A stretch of 64,000 bases of DNA, from the NCBI RefSeq assembly GCF_009914755.1, contig NC_060938.1, one strand, 5' to 3'. The stretch is from the human T2T-CHM13v2.0 reference genome, Homo sapiens. The position numbers and the translations under genes were made by a program. The notes beneath the pieces were generated by a model, which did not search any database, was not told the DNA's origin, and saw only the letters and a program-made list of their open reading frames with translations. Below are positions 27,055 to 40,130 of this stretch, piece by piece (position 1 is the first letter of the stretch; the number at the start of each line of letters is the position of its first letter).

Positions 27055-30000
27055 ACTGCTCAATGGGAAGAAACTTTTACTTCTGTGTGATGAATGCACA
27101 TGTCACAAAGGAACTACTCAGAAAATTTCTTTCTACTTTTATGTGAAGATATTTCCTTTTTCACCATATGCCTCAATGTGCTCCCAGATATCCCTTTGCA
27201 GATTCTATGAAAAGACTGTTTCCAAACTGCTCAATAAACAGAATAGTTCAACCCTGTGAGACGAATGTGCACATCACAAAGAAGTTTCTCAGAAAACTTC
27301 CTTCTCGCTTTTTTGTGAAGATATTTCCTTTTTGAACATAGGCATCAACTCACTCCCAAATATACCTTTGCAGAAACTACAAAAAGACTATTTCCAAACT
27401 GCTCAATCAAAAGAAAGTTTCAACTCTGTTAGATGAATGCACACATCAGAAAGTAGTTTCTCAGAAAGCCTCTCACTAGTTTTTATGTGAAGATAGTTCC
27501 TTTTTCATCGTGGGTCTCAAAGCACTCAAAAATTTCCCTTTGCAGATTCTAGAATAACAGCGTTTACAAACTGCTCAATGAAAAGTAACATTTACCTTTG
27601 CGAGATGAATACACATATCTTAAAGCAGCTTCTCAGAATGCTTCTTTCTAGTTTTTATGTGAAGATATTTCCTTTTTCACCATAGGCCTCAATGCGCTCC
27701 TAAATATCCCTTTGCAGATTGTACAAAAAGACGTTTCCAAACTGCTTGATCCAAAGAATGTTTCCACTCTGTGAGATGAATGCACACATCCAAAGAAGTT
27801 TCTCAGAAACTTTCTTTATAGTTTTTCTTTGAAGATATTTCCTTTTTCACCATAGGCCTCAAAGCTCTCACAAATATCCCTTTGCAGATTCTACAAAAAG
27901 ACTGTTTCCAAACTGCTCAATAAAAAGAATTTTTGAACACTGTGAGATGAATGCACACATCTCAAAGAAGTTTCTCAGAAACGTTCAGTCTAGTTTTTAT
28001 GTGAATATATTTCCTTTTTCACCATAGGCCTCAAAGCACTCAAAATATCCATTTGCAGATTCTACAAAAAGACTGTTTCCAAACTGCTCAATCAAAACAA
28101 AGGTTCAACTCTGTGTGATGAATGCACACATCACAAAGAAGTTTCTCAGAATGCTTCTGTCTAGATTTTATGTGAAGACACTTGCTTTTTCACCATAGGC
28201 CTCAAAGTGCTCACAAATATCCCTTTACAGATTCTACAAAAATACTTTTTCTAAATTGCTCAATCAAAAGAAAGGTTCAACTCTGTGAGATGCATGCACA
28301 CCACAAAGAGGTTTCTCAGAAAGCTTCTCTCTATGTTTTATGTGAAGATATTTCCTTTTTCACCATAGGCCTCAAAGCATTCACAAATATCCCTTTGCAG
28401 ATTCCACAAAAAGACTTGTTACACACTGCTCAATCAAAAGAATGTTTCAACTCTGTGAGATGAATGCTCACATTGCCACAATGTTTCTCAGAAACTTCTG
28501 TGTAGTTTTTATGTAAAGATATTTCCTTTTTCACCATATGCCTTAAAGGGCTCACAAATATCCCTTTGCAGATTTTACCAGAAAAGAGTTTCCAATCTTC
28601 TCAATGAAAAGAAACAGACACATCTGGGAGATGAATGCACATATCACAAAGCAGTTTCTCAGAAACATTCTGTCTAGTTTTTATGTGAAGGTATTTCCTT
28701 TTTCAACACTGGATGCAAAGCGCTCAAAATTGTCCCTTTGCAGATTCTACCAAAATACTGTTTACAAACTGCCCAATCAAGAGAATGTTTCAACTCTGTG
28801 AGATGAATTCTCACATCTCCAAGATGTTTCACAGAAAGCTTCTGTCTAGTTTTTACATGAAGATAATTCCTTTTTCACCATAGGCCTCAAAGTGCTGATA
28901 AATATCTCTTTGCAAATTTTACAGGAACAGAATTTCCAATCTGTTCAATGAAAAGAAATGGTTACCTCTGTGAGATGAAAGCACACATCACAAAGCAGTT
29001 TCTCAGAAATATTCTCTCTAGTTTTTATGTAAAGATAATTCCTTTTCCAACATAGGACACAAAGCGTGAACTAATAACCATTTGGAAATTCTACAAAATA
29101 CTGTTTCCAAAATGCTCATCAAAAGAAAGTTTCACCTCTGTGGGATGAACGCACATATCAAAAAGATGATTCTTAGAAAGCTTCTATCTTGTTTTTATGT
29201 GTAAGTGTTTCCTTTTTCACCATGGGCCTCAAAGTGCTCAAAAATATCCCTTTGCAGATCCTAAAAAAAGACTGTTTCCAAACTGCTGAGTCAAAGGAAT
29301 GGTTCAACTCTGTGAGATGAATGCACACATCACAAAGAAGTTTCTCACAAACCTTCTTTATAGTTTTTATGTGAAGATATTTCCTTTTAACCATAGACCT
29401 CAAAGCACTCACAAAACCCTTTGCAGATTCTACAAAAAGATGGTTTCCCAACTGCTCAATCCAAAGAATTGGTGCACTCTGTGAGATGAATGCATACATC
29501 ACAAAGCAGTTTCTCAGAAATATTTAGTCTAGTTTTTATGTGAAGATAATTTCTCTTTCACCATAGGCCTCAAAGTGCTCAGAAATATCCCTTTACAGAT
29601 TCCACAAAAAGACGTTTCCAAACTGATCAATCAAAAGAAAGTTTCAGTTCTGTGAGATCAATGCACACATCACCAAGGAGTTTCTCAGTAGGCTTCTGTC
29701 TGGTTTTTATGTGAAGACAATATCTTTTTTACCATAAGGCTCTAGGCACTCACAAATGTCCCTTAGCAGATTCTACAAGAACAGAGTTTCCCAACTGATC
29801 AAAGAAAAGAATCTTTTACCTCTGTGAGATGAAGACACACATCACAAAACAGTTTCTCAGAAACCTTTTTTACAGTTTTCTGTGAAGATACTTATTTTCC
29901 TGCATAGGCCTCAAAGTGCTCACAAATATCCATTTGCAGATTCTTCAAAAAGACTGTGTCCAAATGGCTGAATTAAAAGAGAGGTTCAAATCTGTGAGAT

Positions 30001-33000
30001 GAATGCACATATCACAAAGAAGTATCTCAGAAACTTTCTTTATACTTTGAATGTGAAGATATTTCATTTGTCACAATAGGCCTCAAAGTGCTCAAAAATA
30101 CCCCTTTTGAGATTGTACAAGAACAGAGTTTCCAGACTGATCAGAGAAAAATCATTTACCTCTGTGAGATGAATGCACACATCACAAGGTTGTTTTTAGA
30201 GAACCTGCTTTATAGTTCTTATGTGAAGATATGTCCTTTTCCACCATAGGCCTCACAGCACTCCAAATATCCAATGGCAGATTCTACCAAAAGAGTGTTT
30301 CAAAACTGCTCAACAAAAAGAAAGTTCAACTCTGTGAGATGAATGCATACATCACAAAGAAGTTTCTCAGAATGCTTCAGTCTAGTTTTTATGTGAAGAT
30401 ATTTCCTTTTCCACTAAAAGAGTGTTTCAAAACTGCTTAATCAAAGGAAAGGTTCAACTCTGTGCGATGAAGGCACACATCACAAGGAAATTTCTCAGAA
30501 TGCTTCTGTCTAGTTTATGTGAAGATATTTCCTTTTCCAACAGAGGCCACAAAGTGCTTGAAATATCCACTTGCAAATTCTAAAAAAAGAGTGTTTCAAA
30601 ACTGCTCAATCAGAAGAAAGGTTCAACTCTGTGAGTTGAACAGACACAGCACTAAGAATTTTGTCAGAATGCTTCTCTGTAGTTTTTATGTGAAGATATT
30701 TCCTTTTCCACCATAAGCCTCAAAACGCTCCAAATATCCACTTGCAGATCCTAAAAAAAGTGTGTTTCAAAACTGCTCAATCAAAAGAAAGGTTCAACTC
30801 TATTTGTTGAATACACACATCAAAAACAAATTTGTGAGAATGCTTCTGTGTATTTTTTATGTGAAGATATTTCCTTTTCCACCATAGGCATCAAAGTGCT
30901 CCAAATATCCAATTGGAGATTCTACAAAAAGAGTGTTTCAAAGCTGCTCAATTGAAAGAAAGCTTCAACTCTGTGAGATGAATGCACACATCACAAAGAA
31001 GTTTCTCAGAATTCTATTGTCTAGTTTTTATGTGAAGATATTGCCTTTTCCACTTAAGACCACAAAGCACTCCAAATATCCACTTGCAGATTCTACAAAA
31101 GGAGTGTTTCAAAACTGCTCAATCAAAAGAAGGGTTCCACTCTGTGAGTTGAATACACACATCACAAATAAGTTTCTCAGAATGTTTCTGTCTACTATTT
31201 ATGTGAAGATATTTCCTTTTCCACCATAAGCCTCAAAGCGCTCCAAAGAACCACTGATAGATTTTACAAAAAGAGGGTTTCAAAACTGCTGAATCAAAAG
31301 AAAGGTTCAACTCTGTGAGTTGAATGCACACATCACAAAGAAGTTTCTCAGAATGCTTCTGTCTAATTTTTATGTGAAAATATTTTGTTTTCCACCATAG
31401 GCCTCGATGTGCTCCAAATATCCACTTGCAGATTCTACAAAAAGAGTGTTTCCAAACTGCTCAACAAAAAAAATGGTTGAACTCTGTGAGATGAAACCAC
31501 ATATCACAAAGAAGTTTCTCAGAAATCCTCTGTCTAGTTTTTATGTGAGAATATTTCCTATTTCATCTGTAGGCATCAATGGGCTGAGAAATATCCCTTC
31601 ACAGATTCTACAAAGGACTGTTTCCAAACTGCTCAATCCAAAGAAACGTTCTACTCTTTGTGGTGAATGCACACATCACAAAGAAGTTTCTCAGAATGCT
31701 TCTGTCTAGTTTTTATGTGAAGATATTTCTTTTTCCACTATAGTCCTCAAAGCGCTCCAAATATCCACTTGCAGATTCTACAAAAAGAGTGTTTCCAAAC
31801 TACTCAATCAAAAGAAATGTTCAACTCTTTGAGTTGAATGCACACATCACAAAGAAGTTTCTCAGAATGCTTGTGTCTAGTTTTATATGAAGATATTTCC
31901 TTTTGCACCATAGGTCTCAAAGCTCTCCAGATATCCATTTGCAGATCCTCTGAAAAGACTGTTTCCAATCTGCTCAATCTAAAGAAACGTTCAACTCTGT
32001 GAGATGAAAGCACATAACACATCAAAGTTTCTCAGAATACTTCTGTCTAGTTTTTATGTGAAGATTTTTCCTATTTCCTCTTTAGGCCTCAAAGGGGTCA
32101 GAAATGTCCCTCTGCAGATTCTACAAAAACACTGTTCCTGAAATGCTCAATGAAAAGAAAGGTTCCCATCTGTGAGAAGAATGCACACATAAAAAGAAGT
32201 TTCTCAGAATGCTTCTGTCTAGCTTTTATGTGAAAATATTTCTTTTTCACTGTAAGCCTAAAACCTATCAGAAATATCCCTTTGCAGATTCTACAAAAAG
32301 ACGGTCTCCAAACTGCTCAATTAAAAGAAAATTTCAAATCTGTGATATGAATGCAAACAACATAAAGTGTTTACTCAAAAATATTCCTTCTAGTTTTCAT
32401 GTGAAGATATTTCATTTTCACCAAAGGCCTGAAGTTTTCTTAATATCCATTTGCAGATTCTACAAAAAGACTGTTTCCAAACTGCTTCATCATAAAAAAG
32501 TTCAACTCTGTGAGATGAATGCACACATATAAAAGAAGTTTCTAAGAAAGCTTCTGTCTAGTTTTTATGTGAAGATATTTCCTACTTCATCATAGACCAC
32601 AAAGGGCTCACAAATATCCCATTGCAGATTTTAAAAATACTGTTTCTGAATCGCTCAATCAAAAGAAAGGTTCATCCCTGTGAGACGAATGGACACATAA
32701 CAAGGAAATTTCTCAGAATGCTTCTGTCTAGCTTTCATGTGAAGATATTTCCTTTTCCACCTTAGGCCTCAAATCGCTGACAAATATCCCTCTGCAGATA
32801 ATTGAAAAAGACTGTTTCCAAACTGCTCAATCAACAGAATGGTTCAACTCTCTCAGAGGAAAGCACACGTCACAAAGAAGTTTCTCAGAATGCTTCTGTC
32901 TAGTTTTTATGTGACGATATTTCCTTTTTTACCATAGGCATTAAACCATTCACACATATACCTCCTCAGATACTGCAAACAGACTGTTTCCAATCTGCTC

Positions 33001-36000
33001 CTTCAAAAGAAAGGTTCAGCTCTGTGAGGTGAATGCACACAGGACAAATAAGTTTCTCAGAATGCTTCTGTCTAGTTTTTATGTGAAGATATTTCCTTTT
33101 TCACCATAGGCCTCAAAGCACTCCAAATATCCATTTGCAGATTCTACAAAAAGAGTGTTTCCAAACTGCTCAATCAAAGGAAAGTTACAACTCTGTGAGG
33201 TGAAAGAACACATCATAAAGAAGTTTCTCAGAAAGCTTCTGTCTAATTTTTATGTGAAGGTATTTTCTGTTTCACCATAGTCCAGAAAGGGCTCACAAAT
33301 AGCCTTTTGAAGATTCTACATAAAGACTGTTTCCAAACTGCTGAACTAAAAGAAAGGTTCAACTCTGTGAGATGAAAGCACATATCTCAAAGAAGTTTCT
33401 CAGAAAGCTTCTGTCTGGTTTTTATGGGAAGATATTTCCTATTTCACCATAGGCCTCAATGGGCTGAGAAATATCCCTTTGCAGATTCTACAAAAGGACT
33501 GTTTCCAAACTGCTCAATCCAAAGAAAGTTTCACCTCTTTGAGATGAATGCATACATCACAAAGAAGTTTCTCAGAATGCTTCTGCCTAGGTTTTTGTGA
33601 AGATATTTCCTTTTTCACCGTAGGCCTTAAACTGCTCTCAGATATCTCTCTGCAGATACTACAAAAAGACTGTCTCCAAACTGCTCCATCAAAAGTAAGG
33701 TTCAACTCTGTGAAATGAAAGGATACATCTCAAAGAAGTTTCTCAGAATACTTCTGTCTAGTTTTTATGTGAAGATATTTCTTTTTCGATATAGGCCTCC
33801 AACTTCGCAGAAATATCCCTTTCCAGATTGTACAAAAAGACTGTTTCCAAACTGCTCAATGAAATGAAACTTTCAACACTGTGAGATGTATGCACACATC
33901 AAAAAGAAGTTTCTCAGAAAGCTTCTGTTTAGATTTCGTGTGAAGATATGTCATTTTTCACCATAGGCTCCAAAGTGCTCAAAATATCCTTTGCAGATTG
34001 TACAAAAAGACTGTTTCCAAACTTCTCAATCAAAAGAAAGGTTCAAATCTGTGAGATGAAAGCTCACATCACTAAGAAGTTTATCAGAAATCTTCTGTCT
34101 AGCTTTTATGTGAAGATATGTCCTTTTTCACCATAGACATCAATGGGAACAGAAATATCCCTTTGCAGATCCTACAAAAAGACTGTTTCCAAACTGCTCA
34201 ACCAAAAGAATGGTTCAACTCTGTGAGATGAAAGCACATATCACAAAGAAGTTTCTCAGAAATCCTCTGTCTAGTTTTTATGTGAAGATATTTCCTATTT
34301 CATCCATAGGCCTCAATGGGCTCAGAAATATCCCTTTGCAGATTCTACAAAAGGACTGTTTCCAAACTGCTCAATCTAAAGAAAGGTTCAACTCTTTGAG
34401 ATGAATGCATACAACACAAAGAAGTTTCTCAGAATGCTTCTAGCTGGTTTTTATGTGAAGATATTTCCTTTTTCACCATAGGCCTTAAACCACTCTCACA
34501 TATCTCTCTGTAGATACTACAAAAGGATTGTTTCCAGACTGCTCCATCAAAAGAAAAGTTCAACTCTGTGAGATGACTGGATAAATCACAAAAAAGTTTC
34601 TCAGAATACTTCTGTCTACATTTTATCTGAAGATATTTCTTTTTCACCATAGGCCTCCAACTTCACAGAAATATCCCTTTGCAGATTTCATAAAAAGACT
34701 GTTTCCAAATTGCTCAATGAAAAGAAAGTTTCATCTCTGTGAGATGTATGCACTCATCAAAAAGAAGTTTCTCAGAAAGCTTCTGTTTAGATTTCATGTG
34801 AAGTTATGTCCTTTTTCACCATAGGCCTCAAAGCGCTCAAAATATCCTTTGCAGATTCTACAAAAAGACTGTTTCCAAACTGCTCAATCAAAAGAAAGGC
34901 TCAAATCTGTGAGACGAAAGCACACATCACTAAGAAGCTTCTCAGAAGGCTTCTGTCTAGTTTTTAAGTGAAGATATTTCTTCTTTCACCATAGGTCTCA
35001 ATGGGCTCAGAAATATCCCTTTGCAGATCCTACAAAAAGACTGTTTCCAAACTACTCAATCAAAACAAAGTTTGAACTCTGTCAGATGAATGCACACATC
35101 AGAAACAAGTTTCTCAGAATGCTTCTGACTAGGTTTTATGTGAAGATATTTCCTTTCTCACCAAAGTCCTCAAAATGCTCACAAATATCTCTCTGCAGAT
35201 ACTATAAAAGACTGTTTCCAAACTGCTCAATCAAAAGAAAGGTTCAACTCTGCGAGATGAATGCTCACATCACAAAGATGTTTCCAGAATGCTTCTGTCT
35301 AGTTTTTATGTGAAGATATTTCCTTTTTCACCACAGGCCTCAAAGTGCTCCAAATATCCATTTGCAGATCCTACAAAAAGAGAGTTTCCAAATTGCTCAA
35401 TCAAAAGAAAGTTTCATTTCTGTGAGATGAAAACACACATTACAAAGAAGTTTCTCAGAAAGCTTCTGTCTAGTTTTTATGTGAAGATATTTCCTAATTC
35501 ACCATAGGCCTAAATCTGCTAAGAAGTATCCCTTTGCAGATTGTATAAAAATACTGTTTCCAAACTGCTGAATCAAAAGAAAAGTTAAACTGTGTGAGAT
35601 GAATGCACACATCATGAAGAAGTTTCTGAGAAAGCTTCTGTTTAGTTTTTATGTGAATACATCTCCTTTTTCATCATAGGTGTCAAAGTGAGCAAAATAC
35701 CCATTTGCAGGTTCTACAAAAAGAGTGTTTCAAAACTGCTCAATCAAGAGAAAGGTCCAACTCTGTGAGATGACTGCACACATCACAAAGACGTTTTGCA
35801 TAAAGCTTCTGTGTAGTTTTTATGTGAGGATATTTCCTTTTTCACCATAGGCCTTAAACCACTCAAAAATATCACTCCACATATACTACCAAAAAAAACT
35901 GTTTCCAAACTGCTCAATCAAAAGAAACGTTCAACTCTGTGAGATGAATACTCAAATCACAAAAAGTTTGTCAGAATGTTTCTGTCTTGTTTTTATCTGA

Positions 36001-39000
36001 AGATATTTCTTTTTCACCATACATCTCAAACCACTGAGAAATGTCTCTTTGGAGATTGTACAGAAAGACTGTTTCTGAACTGCTCAATGAAAAGAAATGT
36101 TCACATCTGTGAAATGAATGCTCTCATAAAAAGAAGTTTTTCAGAATACTTCTGTCTAGCTTTTATGTGAAGATATTTCTTTTTCACCATAGGCCTCAAA
36201 ACGATCAGAAATGTCCCTTTGCAGATTATACAAAAAGATGGGTTCCAAACTGCTCAATCAACAGAAATGTTCAACTATGTGAGATGAATGCAAACATCAC
36301 AAAAATTTTCTCAAAAACTTATGTCTAGTTTTTATGTGAAGATATTTCCTTTTTCACCATAGTCCTCAAAGCGTTCCTAATATCTATTTGCAGATTCTAC
36401 AAAAACACTGGTTCCAAACTGCTCAATCAAAAGAAAAGTTCAACTCTGTGAGATGAAAGCACACATAAAAAGAAGTTAATAAGAAAGCTTTTATCTAGTT
36501 TTTATGTGAAGATATTTCCTATTTCATCATAGGCCATAAAGGACTCACAAATATCCCATTGCAGATTCTACAAAAAGACTGTTTCCAAACTGCTCAATCA
36601 GAAGAAAGGTTCAACCCAGTGAGATGAATGGACATATCACAAGAAGTTTCTCCAAAAGCTTCTGTCTAGTTTTCATGTGCAGATATGTCGTTTTTCACCA
36701 TAGGCATCAAAGGGAACAGAAATATCCCTGTGCAGATCGTACAAAAAGAGTTTCTAAACTGCTCAACCAAAAGACCGGTTCAACTCTGTGAGATGAAAGC
36801 ACATATCCAAAGAAGTTTTTCAGAAATCCTCAGTCTCGTTTTTATGTGAAGATATTTCCAATTTCACCACAGGCCTCAATGGGCTCAGAAATATCCCTTT
36901 GCAGATTCTACAAAAGGACTGTTTCCAAACTGCTCAATTCAAAGAAAGGTTCAACATAGTGATATGAATGCACACGTAACAAAGAAGTTTCTCAGAATGC
37001 TTCTGCCTAGTTTTTATGTGAAGATATTTCCTTTTTCACCATAGGCCTCAAACTGCTCTCACATATCCTTCTGCAGATACTACAAAAAGACTGTTTCCAA
37101 ACTGCTCCATCAGAGGAAAGGTTCAACTCTGTGAGATGAATGGATACATCACAAAGAAGTTTCTCAGAATACTTCTGTCTGGTTTTATCTGAAGATATTT
37201 CTTTTTCACTACAGTCCTCAAACTTTGCAGAAATATCCCTTTGCAGATTGTACAAAAAGACTCTTTCTAAATTGCACAATCAAAAGAAAGGTTCAACTCT
37301 ATGAGATTTATGCACTCATCAAAAAGAAGTTTCTCAGAAAGCTTCTGTTTAGTTTTAATGTGAAGATATTTCCTTTTTCACCATAGGCCTCAAAACACTC
37401 CAAGTATCTGTTTGCATATTCTACAAAAAGACTGTCTCCAAACTGCTCAATCAAAAGAAAGTTTCAAATCTGTGAGATGAAAGCACACATCACTAAGAAG
37501 TTTCTCAGAAAGCTTCTGTCTAGTTTTTATGTGAAGATATTTCCTTTTTCAACTTAGGCCTCAATGGGCTCAGAAATATCCCTTTGCAGATCCTACAAAA
37601 GGACTGTTTCCAAACTGCTCTATCAAAACAAAGTTTCAACTCTGTCAGATGAATGCACACATCACAAAGAAGTTTTTCAGAATGCTTCTGACTAGGTTTT
37701 ATGTGAAGATATTTCCTTCCTCACCACAGTCCCCAAAATGCTCACAAATATCTCTCTGCAGATACTATAAAAGACTGTTTCCAAACTACTCAATCAAAAG
37801 AAAGGTTCAACTTTTTGGGGTGAATGCACACATCACAAAGACTTTTCTCAGAAAGCTTCTGTCTAGTTTTTATGTGAGGATGTTTTCTTTTTCACCATAG
37901 GCCTTAAAACACTCACAAATATCACTCCACATATACTACAAAAAGACTCTTTCCAAACTGCTCAATCAAAAGAAAAGTTCAGCTCTGTGAGGTGAAAGCA
38001 CACATAAAAAAGAAGTTCCTAAGAAAGCTTCTGTCTAGTTTTTATGTGAAGATATTACTTCTTAAGCAGAGGCCTCAAACGGCTAAGAAATATCCCTTTG
38101 CAGATTGTAGAAAAAGACTGTTTCCAAACTGCTCAATCAAAAGAAAGGTTGAACTCTGTGAGATGAGTGCATACATCACAAAGAAGTTTCATAGAAAGCT
38201 TCTGTTTAATTTTTATGTGAAGATATTTCCATTTTCACCATACATCTCAAAGTGTTCAAATAACCATTTGCAGATTCTACAAAAACAGTGTTTCAATACT
38301 TCTCAATCAAAAGAAACGTTCAACTCTGTGAGATGAAAGCACATATTGCAAAGAATTTTCTCAGAAAGTTTCTCTTTAGTTTTTATGTGAAGACATTTCC
38401 TATTTCCCCAGAGACCTCAAAGGGCTCACAAATATCCCTTTGTAGATTTTACAAAATGACTGTTTCCAAACTGCTTAATCAAAAGAAACGTTCAACCCTG
38501 TGAGGTCAATGCACATATCAGGTAGAAGTTTCTCAGAATGCTTCTGTCTAGTTTTTGTGTGAAGATATTTCGTTTTCCACTATAGGAATCAAAGTGCTCC
38601 AAATATCCACTTGCAGATTCTAAAAAAAGGCTGTTTCAAAACTGCTCAATCAAAAGAAAGGTTGAAGCCTGTGAGATGAATGCACACATTACAAAGAAGT
38701 TTCCCAGAATGCTTCTGTCTGATTTTTATGTGAAGATATTTCCTTTTTCACCAAAGGCCTCAATACGCTATAAATATCCATTTGCTGATACTGCAAATGA
38801 GTGTTTACAAACTACCCAATCAAAAGAAAGTTCACCTCTGTGTGACGCATGCACATATCACAAGAAAGTTTCTCAGAAAGTTTTGGTCTAGTTTCTATGT
38901 GAAGATATTACCTATTTCCCCAGAGGCCTCAAAGGGCTCACAAATATTACATTTCAGATTCGGCAAAATGACTGTATCAAAGCTGCTCAATTAAAAGAAA

Positions 39001-40130
39001 GGTTTAACAGTGTGAGATGAAAGCACACATCACCAGGAAGTTTCTCAGAATTCTTCTTTCTAGATTTTCTGTGAAGATATTTCCTTTTCCACTATAGGAC
39101 TCAAAGCACTCCAAATATCCATTTGCAGATAGTATAAAGAGAGTGTTTCAAAACTGCTCAATCAAAAGAAACGTTCAACTCTGTGAGATGAATGCACACA
39201 TCACAAATAAGTTTCTCAGAAAGCTTCGGTCTAGTTTTAACGTGAAGATATTTCTTTTTCCAACATAGGCCTCAAAGCGCTCAAATTACCATTTGCAGAT
39301 ACTACAAAAAGACTGTTTCCAAACTACTCCATAAAAAGAAAGGTTTAACTCTGTGAGATAAATGCACACATCACAAAGAGGATTCTCAAAATGCTTCTGA
39401 CTAGTTTTTATGGGAAGATATTTCCTTTTTCACCATATGTCTCAAAGGGCTGCTAATATCCATTTGCAGATACCACAAAAAGACTGGTGCCAAACTGCTC
39501 AATCAAAAGAAAGGTTCAACTCTGTGAGATGAAAGCACACATCACAAAGAAATTTCTCAGAAAGTGTCTGTCTAGTTTTTATATGCAGATACTTCCTTTT
39601 CCACTGTAGGCCTCAAAGCGCTCCAAGTATCCCCTTGCAGATTCTGCAAAAAGTGTGTTTCAAAACTGTTCAATCAAAAGAAAAGTACAACACCATGAGA
39701 TTAATGCACACATAACAAAGTAGTTTCTAGGAATGCTTCTGTCTGGTTTTTATGTGAAGATACTTCCTTTTCCACCATAGACCTCAAAGTGCTCCAAGTA
39801 TCCCCTTGCAGATTCTGCAAAAAGTGTGTTTCAAAACTACTCAATCAAAAGAAAGGTACAACACCATGAGATTAATGCACACATAACAAAGTAGTTTCTA
39901 GGAATGATTTTGTCTGGTTTTTATGTGAACATACTTCCTTTTCCACCATAGGCCTCAAAGCGCTCCAAGTATCCCCTTGCAGATACTGCAAAAAGTGTGT
40001 TTCAAAACTGCTCAATCAAAAGAAAGGTACAACACCATGAGATTAATGCATACATAACAAAATAGTTTCTAGGAATGCTACTGTCTGGTTTTTATGTGAA
40101 GATATTTCCTTTTTCACCATAGGACTGAAA
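27055..40130 (-). repeat. Divergent monomeric alpha satellite (about 76 monomers), reverse orientation, several subtypes
   Basis: Tandem cttctgtctagtttttatgtgaagatatttcctttttcaccataggcctcaaa...gcacacatcacaaagaagtttctcagaa, the reverse complement of the alpha consensus. Confidence 0.98.

Noticed and set aside
10399-38994. Recurrent ORFs such as MNAHITKKFLRMLLSSFYVKIF that look like a gene family
   Set aside because: Translations of the 171-bp (57-codon) alpha monomer; their strand simply follows the satellite orientation.
8572-40130. Active centromeric higher-order repeat array
   Set aside because: Monomers are highly divergent, have indels and no CENP-B boxes, and show only local decayed duplications.
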